From positions 44,879 to 108,878 of the forward strand of contig CAWAWS010000027.1 in NCBI GenBank assembly GCA_963785725.1: a DNA stretch of 64,000 nucleotides, in the 5' to 3' direction. Below, piece by piece: positions 52,795 to 62,591 of the stretch. This stretch comes from an uncultured delta proteobacterium. GTDB taxonomy: Bacteria > Myxococcota_A > Polyangia > Palsa-1104. The notes under the pieces are model-generated. The model saw only the letters and a list, made by a program, of their open reading frames with translations, did no database searches and was not told where the DNA came from. The position numbers and the translations under genes are program-made. Numbering within the stretch: position 1 is the stretch's first letter; the number at the start of each line of letters is the position of its first letter.

Positions 52795-53468
52795 GCGCGC
52801 GATTCTAGCCGATAGCCGACGCCGCGCACGGTGACGATGAGGGACGGCTCGCCCGGCCGATCGATCTTTTGCCGCAAGCTCGAGATGTGCACGTCGACGA
52901 TGTTGGACACCGCCTCGAACGAGTAGCCGAACACTTGGCGCAGGATCATCGAGCGGCTCACCACTTCACCGCGATGACGAATGAGAAACTCGAGCAGCGC
53001 GTACTGCTTGGCCGACAGCTCGAGCTCGCGGCCGTCGGCGAAGACGCGATGGGCGGCGGCGTCGAGCTCGATGTGGCCGACGCGCTCGCGCTCGCGTTTG
53101 GGCGCGCCGCGGCGGCCGAGCGCGGCGATGCGCGCCAAGAGCTCGGCGAAGGCGAAGGGCTTGACCAGGTAGTCGTCGGCGCCGAGGCCGAGGCCGCGCA
53201 CGCGATCTTCGACGGCGTCGCGCGCCGTCAACATGAGCACCGGCGTGGTGACGCCGACGGCGCGCGCGTCGGCGAGCACGGCGAAGCCGTCGCGCAAGGG
53301 CAGGAGCACGTCGAGCACGCACAGGTCGTAACCGCCGGTGCACAGCTGCGCCAGGCCGTTGACGCCGTCTTCGGCGAGCGCCACGGCGTGCCCCTCTTCG
53401 CCGAGGCCGCGGGCGAGCATGCGCTGCAGCTCGCGATCGTCTTCGATGACCAAGATACGCAACGCCAA
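52791..53468 (-). CDS. OmpR-family response regulator (CusR/CzcR-like)
   Basis: ILVIEDD, LDVLLP, LTARD, GADDYLVKPF, SNIVDVHI, TVRGVGY. Confidence 0.95.
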   Translation of the reverse strand: MALRILVIEDDRELQRMLARGLGEEGHAVALAEDGVNGLAQLCTGGYDLCVLDVLLPLRDGFAVLADARAVGVTTPVLMLTARDAVEDRVRGLGLGADDYLVKPFAFAELLARIAALGRRGAPKRERERVGHIELDAAAHRVFADGRELELSAKQYALLEFLIRHRGEVVSRSMILRQVFGYSFEAVSNIVDVHISSLRQKIDRPGEPSLIVTVRGVGYRLESRA

Positions 53469-53557
53469 TATCGTGCATCGTTCCGTCGCGTGTCGGCATG
53501 AAGAGATCGTGAAAAGCGCCCGCCGGCGGCCTGCGAGTGCGCTATCCTCGTGGCTGC

Positions 53558-54331
53558 ATGAACCATTGGCGCGTCTCCGTCGTTGTCGCCTCGTGCGCCC
53601 TGGCTATGTCGCTGGTCGTCGGTTTTGGCGCGGCCGGCTGCGTGTTCCGTCCGCTCATCGGCGACGGGCAGGTCCACTGCGGCAGCGACAACTCGTGCCC
53701 GCCCGGCTTCCAATGCGGCACCGACAGCCTATGCTACACGGGCACGACCTCGACGACGACCGACGCCGGCGGCACCTGCTCGCCGCTGCACTGCTTCGTC
53801 GGCTGGTGCGGTCCCATCGACGACGGCTGCGGCAAGACGATCGACTGCGGCTCGTGCTCGATCGCGCCCGATTCGGGCGCGCCGCCGAGCATGGACATGG
53901 CCGGCTGCACGCCCACGCGCGCCTGCGCCAGCAACATCTGCGGCACCATCGACGACGGCTGCGGCAAACAGCTCGCGTGCGGCGACTGCACCGTCGCCGA
54001 CACCTGCTCGGCGACGAGCGCCAACAGCTGCAGCTGCACGCCGAAGACCTGCGCGTCGGTCAAAGCCACCTGCGGCGCCTATCCCGACGGCTGCGGCAAG
54101 ACGCTCGACTGCTTCCCCGCCGCCGGCAGCTGCCTCATGCAGAAGAACGGCCTGTGCGGCGGCGGCGGACCGTACACCTGCGGCAAGACCGAGGTCTGCC
54201 ATCCGCTCAAGACCTGCCCGACCGGCGCCTGCGGCGACATCCCCGACGGCTGCTCGAACGTCCTCAGCTGCGGCAGCTGCGCCAACGGGCAGATCTGCGG
54301 CGGCGGCGGCACGCGCAACGTCTGCGGCTGA
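53558..54331 (+). CDS. Cys-rich repeat lipoprotein
   Basis: Lipobox AAGC; four CG..(D/P)DGC repeats. Confidence 0.8.
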   Translation: MNHWRVSVVVASCALAMSLVVGFGAAGCVFRPLIGDGQVHCGSDNSCPPGFQCGTDSLCYTGTTSTTTDAGGTCSPLHCFVGWCGPIDDGCGKTIDCGSCSIAPDSGAPPSMDMAGCTPTRACASNICGTIDDGCGKQLACGDCTVADTCSATSANSCSCTPKTCASVKATCGAYPDGCGKTLDCFPAAGSCLMQKNGLCGGGGPYTCGKTEVCHPLKTCPTGACGDIPDGCSNVLSCGSCANGQICGGGGTRNVCG

Positions 54332-54387
54332 CGCAAGCTTGCCGACGGCGCGCGGACGACATAAAAGTTATGGTCGAGCGCTAAACC

Positions 54388-55035
54388 TTGTCCCTGACCG
54401 CTGACCATCGCATCCGCGTCTCCACGCGAACCCACGTCCAGACCGACGAGGGCAAGCACGAGGTCACCGTCGTGGCGCTGTCGGCGCGCAGCGCGCTCCT
54501 CTTTTGCGGCCGCGAGCTGGGCGTGGCCGGCGGCGTCATCGACCTCATCCTGCCGTCGCTGGCTGGGCGCGAGCTGCGCGTCACGGCCGGCATCGAGAAG
54601 AGCGAGCGCATCAAAGAGGGCGCCGCCGTCACCGTGCACTTCATCGTCGCCGATCAAGAGCTGCGGCGCGCGCTCAACGAGCTGTTGGCGCTGCTGCTCG
54701 CCGGCACCGGCGGCGGCTCGCGCAAGCACCCGCGCGTCATCTACGACGTGCGCGTCCGCGTCGACAGCGACACCGCCAGCGATCGGGCGCGCCTCGAGGA
54801 GATCTCGCTGTCCGGCGGCTGCATCGTCACCAAGCTGCAGCTCGGCCCGCGCGCGCCCATCGTCGTGCACGTGCCGCCCTTGAGCGGCGGCTCGGCCTTG
54901 CGCTTGAGCGCGCGCGTCGTCGAGCAGAAGCACGAGCCCGACGGCGGCTATCGCACCGGTATCGCCTTCGACACGCTCGAAGGCGACGCGCGCTTGGCGC
55001 TCGGACGCCTGCTCGCCGACCTCATGTGCCGCTGA
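54388..55035 (+). CDS. tandem PilZ-domain protein
   Basis: Second domain has RKHPR and EISLSG; first domain degenerate. Confidence 0.8.
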   Translation: MSLTADHRIRVSTRTHVQTDEGKHEVTVVALSARSALLFCGRELGVAGGVIDLILPSLAGRELRVTAGIEKSERIKEGAAVTVHFIVADQELRRALNELLALLLAGTGGGSRKHPRVIYDVRVRVDSDTASDRARLEEISLSGGCIVTKLQLGPRAPIVVHVPPLSGGSALRLSARVVEQKHEPDGGYRTGIAFDTLEGDARLALGRLLADLMCR

Positions 55036-55127
55036 CGCCGCTGACGTAAAAAAGGCGGGCGGCGCCGGCTTTCGCAGTCGGTGACAAGAGCGACTTCCGC
55101 GCGCTAAGATGTCGCTGGGAGGCTCTC

Positions 55128-55397
55128 ATGCCGCGCTTCTTCGCGATCCACCACGCCCCGGGTGTCAGCCAGGAAGACTTCCAGCGCAACATCCCCGATG
55201 TCCTCGCCGGGAAGCACGCGACCTTCGTGCATACCTACGTCAACCTCGCGCACGGCACCATCGTCAACATCTACGACGCCGACAACGCAGCGTCGGTGGC
55301 GCGCGAGTTCGAGCGCATCGGCTTCCCCTTCGACGAGATCCAAGAGGTGCAGTTCGGCGCCTCGGCCGACGACCTGCGCAAGCTGACCGGCGGCTGA
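55128..55397 (+). CDS. DUF4242 (SCO4226-like) small protein
   Basis: GGAGG RBS; MPRFFAIH, HTYVN, IYDADN, GFPFDEIQEV. Confidence 0.7.
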   Translation: MPRFFAIHHAPGVSQEDFQRNIPDVLAGKHATFVHTYVNLAHGTIVNIYDADNAASVAREFERIGFPFDEIQEVQFGASADDLRKLTGG

Positions 55398-55420
55398 GTC
55401 GTGCGCCGCGCGGGCACCCG

Positions 55421-56182
55421 ATGACGACGACCGCGACAGCGAAGCCGCGCTGGTTCGGACGCGACGTGGCGGCGGGAAAGCGGCCGCTCAAGGTCAACGT
55501 CTTCGCCAACATGCTCGGCCATCAAGGCATGCTCGAGCAGCAGCCGCTGTTCCCCTACTTCGGGCCCGGCGACATCGTGCCGACGGCGGCCTTGTCGCTG
55601 TCGCTGCCCGACATGCCGCGCGCGCACTTCTACCATTACAACGACATCCCCGAAGTCATCTTGACCTTGGCCGGCGACGGCGCGCTCTTGGCGACGGGCC
55701 AGCTCTATCTCCAACAGGGCACGCACGGCGTCACGACGTTCCTGCGCCAGCCCGCCGCCGCCGAAGCGCAGAGCTATCAGATCTCGCTCATCGTCTTTCG
55801 CATGAAGGCGCAAGGTCCGCAGAACGAAGGCTTCCTCTTGCGCTGCGTGCAGTGTAACGACGTCGTGTTTCGCATGGACCGCGACGTCTGGGCGGCGCCG
55901 CCGCATCCGCACTATCCCGAGCTCGTCAACGTGCGCTTCTACGCCGACGCCGCCGACGCGTTCAACGCCGAGCCGCGCGCCTGCGACAAGTGCCACACGA
56001 CGCAGCCGCGCTTTCCGACGGAGCTGATGGGCTGGCGTCGCTACGTGCAGTATGTCGAGCTGGCCAATCGCGCGCGCACGAACCTGGAAGCGGCGGGCAA
56101 AGGGGGAGACGATGGCCATGGAGCGCAAAAAGACGCTCAACGTGTTCAAGGAAGCGGCGAACGCGTGGGGCTCCCACGATGA
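55421..56182 (+). CDS. cupin with C-terminal CxxC...CxxC, 3-hydroxyanthranilate dioxygenase-like
   Basis: FYHYNDIPEV...GTHG; EGFLLRCVQC...ADAFN..PRACDKC. Confidence 0.72.
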   Translation: MTTTATAKPRWFGRDVAAGKRPLKVNVFANMLGHQGMLEQQPLFPYFGPGDIVPTAALSLSLPDMPRAHFYHYNDIPEVILTLAGDGALLATGQLYLQQGTHGVTTFLRQPAAAEAQSYQISLIVFRMKAQGPQNEGFLLRCVQCNDVVFRMDRDVWAAPPHPHYPELVNVRFYADAADAFNAEPRACDKCHTTQPRFPTELMGWRRYVQYVELANRARTNLEAAGKGGDDGHGAQKDAQRVQGSGERVGLPR

Positions 56183-56666
56183 ATTTCCGGTAGGTCCCAA
56201 AGGCACCGATCCGATGCCGCACCTGAGCCGTAATCGGGTAGCGCAGCCGTTCTTCAGCGTCTGCGCCGCCGATCAGGTGCTCATTCACATGGCCGGTCGG
56301 GGCGAGATCGAATTTCACGACGGCGAGCTCGTGCGCATGGACCTTGGCCCCGGCGACAGCGTCTACATTCCCGCCGGCGTGCCGAGCCGCGTCGTACCCG
56401 CCGGCGAGGTCTTGCAGGTGCGCCTGAAGGCCGAGCCGCCGGCGCAAGAGGCGGTCGCGTGGTTCTGCGCCGGCTGCGGCGCGCTCGTCCACGGCCGCGA
56501 GCTCGACGACGCCATCGTGCAGCGCGCCTGGTGGCAGGCCGTCGCCGACTTCAACGGCGACGCCACGCGCCGGACCTGCAGCGGCTGCGGTCGCGTGCAC
56601 GACCGCGTCGAGCTCGGCGACATCGCCTGGCCCGCCGTCGCCGCGGCGCTCGCCGCCGGCGGCTAG
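56112..56666 (+). CDS. second 3-HAO-like cupin, apparently lacking cupin His ligands
   Basis: GGGGAG RBS; LGPGDSVYIPAGVP, EAVAWFCAGCG...VADFN....RRTCSGCG. Confidence 0.78.
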   Translation: MAMERKKTLNVFKEAANAWGSHDEFPVGPKGTDPMPHLSRNRVAQPFFSVCAADQVLIHMAGRGEIEFHDGELVRMDLGPGDSVYIPAGVPSRVVPAGEVLQVRLKAEPPAQEAVAWFCAGCGALVHGRELDDAIVQRAWWQAVADFNGDATRRTCSGCGRVHDRVELGDIAWPAVAAALAAGG

Positions 56667-56815
56667 TCCGTGTCACGTGAGCGGGAACACGAGCAGGAGT
56701 CGAAGAGTGCGCGCGCAGCCGGCGTCGCCTACGCTTGGGTAGGTGAGCCCGCACCGCCGCGCCGCACGCGCGGTCGCGCGCTCGATCACCGGCAAGGAGA
56801 CACGGTTTAAAGACG

Positions 56816-59386
56816 ATGCGTGCCTTGGTGCTCACCGTCGACGCGCGCGCCCGCGCCGCGATCGACACCGCGCTCGCGCCGCTCGGTTATCTCGTCGAGC
56901 ACGCCGAAGAGGCCGCGCAGGTGGAGGCGCAGGCGCGGCGCGGCTGGGCGCTCATCATCCTCGACTGGGACGCGCTCGGCGCCGACGCCGCCGACCTCTG
57001 CCGCGCGCTCGTCGACACCTCGGGCGCGACGCTGCTGACGCTGGCGCGCGACGCCGCCCGCGCGCTGCCGGCCGCCATCGCCGCCGGCGCCGACGACACC
57101 TTGCAGCTGCCGGCAGACGCGCCGCGGCTCGTCGCCCGCGCGATGGCGGCGGCGCGGATGGTCAAAGGACGCGCCGCCGACGCCTTCGTGCGCTTGCCGC
57201 TGCCGAGCTGGATCTTCGACGAGCAGACGCTCGCGCTCTTGGCCGTCAACGACGCCATGGTGCACGCCTACGGCTGGACGCGCGAAGAGCTGGTGACGAA
57301 GACGATCTACGACCTGCGCCCGCCCGAAGAGGAGCAAAAGCTGCGCGCGACGGTGAGCTCGGGCGTGGCGCGCAAGCAGAGCTCCTGGGTGCATTGGCGC
57401 AAGGACGGCTCGCGCATCGACGTCGAAGTGCGCTCGGCGCCGCTCAGCTTCGGCGGCCGGCGCGCCCGCATCGCCGTCGCCCGCGACGTCTCCGAGCACG
57501 TGCGCGAGGTCGCCACCAGCCGCCAGTCGCTGGCCGACTACCGCACGCTGGTCGAGCGCATGCCCGACGGCTGCGTCACCTATCGTCCCGACGGCATCAT
57601 GATCTACGTCAACCAGGCGCTCGTCGAGTTCTTGGGCTATCGCTCGGCCGACGAGATCATCGGCCACCACTGCTTGCACATGATCCATCCCGCCGATCAC
57701 GCCATCGTCGCCGCGCGCATGCGTCAGCTGACCGGCGCGCAGGTGGCGACGCCGCCCGCCGCCGTTCGCTTCCTCACGCGCGACGGCCAGCTCCGCTGGG
57801 GCGAGACGCGCGGCATCCACGTCCTGTACGACGGCGCGCCGGGCGTGACGGTGCTGGTGCGCGACCTGACCGAGCGCCGCCACGCCGAAGAGGCGCTGCG
57901 CCTGTCCGAAGAGCGCTTCTCCAAGATCTTTCACGCCAACCCGGCGGGCATCACCATCACGCGCCTGGCCGACGACACCTTCGTCGACGTCAATGAACGC
58001 TTCCTGCAGCTGACCGGCTTTACGCGCGAGGAGCTCATCGGCCACACCGGCATCGCACTCGGCATGTGGCCGCAGCCCGAAGCGCGCCAGAAGATCGACG
58101 ACGTCATTCGCAGCGGCCGCGGCCTGCGCGACGTCGAGGTCAGCCTGCGCACGAAATCGGGCCAGCCGCTCGAGCTGCAGCTGTCGCTGGAAGCATTTTC
58201 CGTCGGTGATGAGGATTGCGTCTTCTGCATCGCCCACGACGTCACCGAGCGCCGCCAGCTCGAGGCGCAGCTGCGTCACGCGCAGAAGATGGAGGCGATC
58301 GGCCGTCTCGCCGGCGGCGTGGCGCACGACTTCAACAACCTGCTGACGGCCATTCGCGGCTATGCGCAGCTGTTGCTCGAGCAGCTACCAAAAGGCGAGA
58401 GCGCGCACAACGCGGCGGCGCACATCGCGCGCTCGGCCGGGCGCGCCGCCGGCCTGACCGAGCAGCTCTTGGCCGCGACGCGCCGGCAGCCGCAGCAGCC
58501 GCGCGTCGTCGACTTGAACGTCGTGGTGCGGGCGATGACCGAGCTCCTAGAGCGCATCATCGGCGAAGATCTGTCGCTCGAGCTGCGCTGCGATCCCGAC
58601 CTGGAGCGCGTGCGCGTCGATCCCGGGCAAATGGAGCAGGTGCTGTTGAACTTGGCGGTCAACGCGCGCGACGCGATGGAGAACGGCGGCCGTCTCCTCA
58701 TCGAGACCGCGAACGTCGGCGCCGGCGTGCGGCTGCGCGTGCGCGACTTCGGCTGCGGCATGAGCGAGCAGACGCGACTGCGCGTGTTCGAGCCCTTCTT
58801 CACCACCAAAGAGGTCGGCAAAGGCAGCGGCCTCGGCCTCTCCATCGTCTACGGCGTCGTCACGCAGAACGGCGGCACCATCGACGTCGACAGCGCGCCC
58901 GGCCGCGGCACGACCTTCGACATCTTCCTGCCCAAAGTCGACGCGCCGCCCGACGTCAGCGAGCCGGCGCCGTCGACGCCGCAGTCAGCGCGCGGCCGCG
59001 AGACCATCCTGCTCGTCGAGGACGACGAGGACGTGCGCGACTTCGTGCAATACGTGCTGCGCCAGGCCGGCTATCACGTCATCACCGCGCCCGACGGTCC
59101 GCGCGCGCTCGAGCTGGCCAAGTCCTACGACGGCGAGATCCATCTCGTCTTGAGCGACGTCATCATGCCGCACATGAACGGGCTGCACTTGGTCGGTCAG
59201 CTGCAGCCGCTGCGTCCGCACATGAAGGTGCTGCACATGTCCGGCTATCCCGGCGACAGCATCGCGCGCCAAGGCGATCTGCCGGACGGCGTCGCCTTCC
59301 TGCAAAAGCCGTTCTCGTCCGAGCAGCTGACGAGCACGGTGCGCGCGTTATTGGACACGCATAGCGCGCAGCAGCAGTCGCGCTAA
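56816..59386 (+). CDS. hybrid sensor kinase (degenerate REC, three PAS, HisKA, HATPase, REC)
   Basis: QKMEAIGRLAGGVAHDFNNLL, NLAVNARDAM, FEPFFTTK, C-terminal ILLVEDD..SDVIMP..KPF. Confidence 0.95.
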   Translation: MRALVLTVDARARAAIDTALAPLGYLVEHAEEAAQVEAQARRGWALIILDWDALGADAADLCRALVDTSGATLLTLARDAARALPAAIAAGADDTLQLPADAPRLVARAMAAARMVKGRAADAFVRLPLPSWIFDEQTLALLAVNDAMVHAYGWTREELVTKTIYDLRPPEEEQKLRATVSSGVARKQSSWVHWRKDGSRIDVEVRSAPLSFGGRRARIAVARDVSEHVREVATSRQSLADYRTLVERMPDGCVTYRPDGIMIYVNQALVEFLGYRSADEIIGHHCLHMIHPADHAIVAARMRQLTGAQVATPPAAVRFLTRDGQLRWGETRGIHVLYDGAPGVTVLVRDLTERRHAEEALRLSEERFSKIFHANPAGITITRLADDTFVDVNERFLQLTGFTREELIGHTGIALGMWPQPEARQKIDDVIRSGRGLRDVEVSLRTKSGQPLELQLSLEAFSVGDEDCVFCIAHDVTERRQLEAQLRHAQKMEAIGRLAGGVAHDFNNLLTAIRGYAQLLLEQLPKGESAHNAAAHIARSAGRAAGLTEQLLAATRRQPQQPRVVDLNVVVRAMTELLERIIGEDLSLELRCDPDLERVRVDPGQMEQVLLNLAVNARDAMENGGRLLIETANVGAGVRLRVRDFGCGMSEQTRLRVFEPFFTTKEVGKGSGLGLSIVYGVVTQNGGTIDVDSAPGRGTTFDIFLPKVDAPPDVSEPAPSTPQSARGRETILLVEDDEDVRDFVQYVLRQAGYHVITAPDGPRALELAKSYDGEIHLVLSDVIMPHMNGLHLVGQLQPLRPHMKVLHMSGYPGDSIARQGDLPDGVAFLQKPFSSEQLTSTVRALLDTHSAQQQSR

Positions 59387-59416
59387 TCGACACGCATAGC
59401 GCGACGGCCATTCCGC

Positions 59417-60220
59417 TCAGCGCTTGCTGGCACTGAGCATCGGCGCGATCGCCGCCAGCGTCTTCTCCGGCTGCTCGAGGTGCGGCAAGTGGCCCGCCTT
59501 CTCGATCAATTCGAAGCGCGCGTTGCCGAAGGCGGCCGCGAACGCCCGGCCATACGCCGGCGTCACGATGCGATCGCTCTCGCCCCACACGACCAGCGCC
59601 GGCGTCTTGACGCGCGCGAGCCGCCGCAGCAGCTTGCCGTCGTACATGGTCTCGCCGGCGTAGACCTTCATGGTCATGCCGTTGGCGCGCCGAATCGCCA
59701 GCTGCTCGGGCGGGATCGTCGCCGGATCTTGGTAGAACTTCGCGCCGTCATGGTTGGCGTAGTCGGCCAGCTCGCGCGGCGTCAGCGTGAAGACGTCGCG
59801 AATCGGCTCGCCTTCGACCTGCACGCCCGCCGCATTGACGAGCACGACGCCGCCGATGCGCTGACCGCGATCGCGCAGCGCCATCTCGGCCGCGATCCAG
59901 CCGCCGATCGACGAGCCGATGACGAGCACGTCACGCAGCTCGCGGTCCTCGAGCAGGTTCAAGTAGGCCAGCGCCAAGTCGTCGACGCCGCTGAACCAGG
60001 CCGGCCGCTCGGTGCCGTTGAAGCCGGGATGCGTCGGCGCCAGCACGTGCGCCTTGCCCGCCAGCTGCCCGACCAGGCCCGCGACCGTGAACGGCCCGCC
60101 GCCGCCGTGCAAGACGAGGACGGCGCGTCCGCTGCCCGCCTCCGTCAGCGTCAACGGCAGCCCGGGCGCAAGCTCGATGGTGTGCGTCTTCGGCGAGGTG
60201 TTCTGCTTGTCGTTTTCCAT
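59417..60220 (-). CDS. alpha/beta hydrolase
   Basis: LHGGGG, GSSIGG nucleophile elbow, WGESD, AGHLPHLEQP. Confidence 0.92.
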   Translation of the reverse strand: MENDKQNTSPKTHTIELAPGLPLTLTEAGSGRAVLVLHGGGGPFTVAGLVGQLAGKAHVLAPTHPGFNGTERPAWFSGVDDLALAYLNLLEDRELRDVLVIGSSIGGWIAAEMALRDRGQRIGGVVLVNAAGVQVEGEPIRDVFTLTPRELADYANHDGAKFYQDPATIPPEQLAIRRANGMTMKVYAGETMYDGKLLRRLARVKTPALVVWGESDRIVTPAYGRAFAAAFGNARFELIEKAGHLPHLEQPEKTLAAIAPMLSASKR

Positions 60221-60231
60221 GTCCCCAAATC

Positions 60232-60305
60232 TATATCAACATGTTGATATACGCAAGTTGATTCGTCGAGATATTTACAACATGTTGATATACGCAAGTT
60301 GATTC
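60232..60305. promoter_or_regulatory. MarR operator region: perfect palindrome and 28-bp direct repeat
   Basis: TATATCAACA|TGTTGATATA at 60232-60251; CAACATGTTGATATACGCAAGTTGATTC at 60237-60264 and 60278-60305. Confidence 0.8.
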
Positions 60306-60324
60306 ATGGGTTACGCTGCGGCGC

Positions 60325-60756
60325 ATGTCGATCGACTTACAGACGTTGGGTCGCGCGGTGAAGCAGGCGCAATATCGTCATCAGCGCGCGCTCGAGAAGC
60401 ATTTGGCGACGGTAGGGACGACGCTGGCGCAATGGGACGCGCTCCGCGCCATCGATCGCACGCCGGGCGAATCGGCGCACGCGCTGGCGGAGGCGACGTT
60501 CCAGAGCGACCAGGCGTTCGGGACGTTGGCCAATCGTCTCTTGGCGCAGAAGCTGATTTCGCGCGCGCCCGGCGCCGGTCGCCGCGTCGAGCATCACCTG
60601 ACGGCGCTGGGCAAGGCCAAGCTGGCGGCCGGACAAAAGGTGGCGCTGGCGGTGCTCGAGCGGTCGTTCCGCGATCTGGGCGAGCGCGAGCGCAAGCTGC
60701 TGTACGGCCTGCTCATGCGCATCGGGCACGACGACGCCGACGTCGCCGGCGAGTGA
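60325..60756 (+). CDS. MarR-family transcriptional regulator
   Basis: GTTLAQWDALRAI, SAHALA, GRRVEHHLTALG; divergent from the hydrolase. Confidence 0.9.
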   Translation: MSIDLQTLGRAVKQAQYRHQRALEKHLATVGTTLAQWDALRAIDRTPGESAHALAEATFQSDQAFGTLANRLLAQKLISRAPGAGRRVEHHLTALGKAKLAAGQKVALAVLERSFRDLGERERKLLYGLLMRIGHDDADVAGE

Positions 60757-60822
60757 CGCACCGCCGGCCGCGACAGGCGACCCCGAGTCAGCGCCTATTA
60801 ACGGATCGGGAGTGAAGGACGA

Positions 60823-60859
60823 AGCGGGCGGCGTTTGCGGAGACGAGCCGCCGCCCGCT
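60823..60859. terminator. GC-rich hairpin between convergent genes
   Basis: AGCGGGCGGCG-N15-CGCCGCCCGCT; no clear U-tract. Confidence 0.45.
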
Positions 60860-60877
60860 GTCAGCGTGAGCGCGGAA

Positions 60878-61966
60878 TTACGAGATGCTGCAGCCGAAGA
60901 CGGCGCTGATGCCGGTCGTGACGCCCGACTGCAGGTCGGTGCAGGCCGTGCCGTAGAAGATGATCGACAGGTCGTTGGGCCCGAAGTCCCAGCCGTCCGT
61001 GTGCGTCGGATCGCGCGGGATCTTGGCGCCGGTGTTGTCGTCGATCTCCACGAGGTCCGGGAAGGCCGGCGCCATCGACAGCTCGTACGTGCAGGAGACG
61101 ATCGAGCCGGCGGCGTTCTGCAGCACGGTCGTCAAATCCGCCGTCGAGTTGACCTGGTAGTACGACGTCGAGCCCGACGTATCCGGCTCGCCGCCGTTGA
61201 CCGCCATCTGATTCAGCGTCGTGACGGCGGACGCGTCGTCGGAGCCGATGCCGACGATGAACGTCTTGATGCCGGCCGCGGCCGCCGCCGTGACCGCCGC
61301 TTCGGCCGCGGCCGAGTCGTCGATCGCGCCCGTACCGGTGCCGCAGTTCGGCTCGCCGTCGGTGGCGAGCAACAAGTAGTGACCATGGTTGTCGGCGAGG
61401 TTCTTGTAGTAGGCGACCGCGGCGTTGATGGCGGCCGTCGTCGGCGTCGACGACGACGGCGTCGTGCCGCTGAGCTTGCTCATGATGGCGGCCGCCGTGC
61501 CCGTCGCCGGCGCGACGTCGGGCGTCGCGCTCACGCTGCAGGAGCTGTTGCTGGCGAACATCCACAGGCCCCAGTTGACGTTGGTGACGGTGGAGACGAC
61601 GCTCTCGATCGCCGGAACGATGGCGTTCCACTTCGACGGGTCGGTCGTGCTGACCGGATTGCCGTCGGCGGTCATCGCCATCGAGCCCGAGCGATCCTGA
61701 ATGATGATGAGGTCAGGCGTGTCCTTCTTGTTGAGCTGGAAGGTCTGCACGCCGCAGTTGTCGGCCATGTCGGTGCTCACTTGACCGCCGCCACCACCGC
61801 CACCGCCACCGCCGCCGCCGCCACCACCGCCGCCACCTACTCCGCCACCGCCACCACCAGCCGTGCCACCGCCGCCACCGGTCGGCCCGTGATTGGGCGC
61901 CACCGAGTTGCAAGCCAAGAAAAGGGCGGTTCCTAAAGTGAGTCCGCCGACGAGAGTGCGCCGCAT
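60878..61966 (-). CDS. vWA-domain lipoprotein with poly-Gly linker (CglB-like architecture)
   Basis: GGAGG RBS; lipobox FLAC; MIDAS DRSGSM, TPT, LATDGEPNC. Confidence 0.87.
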   Translation of the reverse strand: MRRTLVGGLTLGTALFLACNSVAPNHGPTGGGGGTAGGGGGGVGGGGGGGGGGGGGGGGGGQVSTDMADNCGVQTFQLNKKDTPDLIIIQDRSGSMAMTADGNPVSTTDPSKWNAIVPAIESVVSTVTNVNWGLWMFASNSSCSVSATPDVAPATGTAAAIMSKLSGTTPSSSTPTTAAINAAVAYYKNLADNHGHYLLLATDGEPNCGTGTGAIDDSAAAEAAVTAAAAAGIKTFIVGIGSDDASAVTTLNQMAVNGGEPDTSGSTSYYQVNSTADLTTVLQNAAGSIVSCTYELSMAPAFPDLVEIDDNTGAKIPRDPTHTDGWDFGPNDLSIIFYGTACTDLQSGVTTGISAVFGCSIS

Positions 61967-62591
61967 CTGAGACCTCCGCGCGCCTCCGCTAAGCAAGCGC
62001 CACGCCGTCGCCCGCTGCACACGCGCTAAAGCGCATACGCCACGAACTCTCGATTCCATAAGGGAATATCGCGCTTGCACACGAATGGGAGCATGCAGTG
62101 GGGACCGCCAACCCATGGCACGACTCCGCACTCGCCGAGGAGAAACGCCACGGGTACCGCCGTGCGCAGCCGCGATCGGCGCGATCCGCGTCGCGTGTTG
62201 GGCTCGCGCGAACGCGCTGTGCAGCGCGCTTGTCGCGTCGTGCGCTAACGATGACGCGCGACCTCGTCGCGACGTTCGCCGCTTCGCGCACGCGAGCCGC
62301 AACCGAACATCCGATGCGCGACCGCGCGCGCGCGTGACGAGGAAGCGGGACCGAAACCACGCCGAAACGGCGCGCGCGATTTCGCGGTCGCCGATTTCGG
62401 CGCAAACGTTCGTCTGCAGTAGCGATTCTTTCGGCGCTGATTGAAATATCGATATGATCTCTTCACTTCGAGATCCATTCGACAATCCTGAGTCCATCGC
62501 GGTGCAAACGGTCGTTTGAACGCATTCGTCACCGAATGTGGGTGTCGTTTTCTCTTTGACCGGCGTCGAGCGATCGTCGTATGAGGCCTCT

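Noticed and set aside
61784..61880. (CCG/CCA)n simple repeat as a separate element
   Set aside because: It encodes the poly-Gly linker of the vWA lipoprotein
62116..62130. sigma54 promoter TGGCACGACTCCGCA
   Set aside because: GG-to-GC spacing is 9 nt, not the required 10
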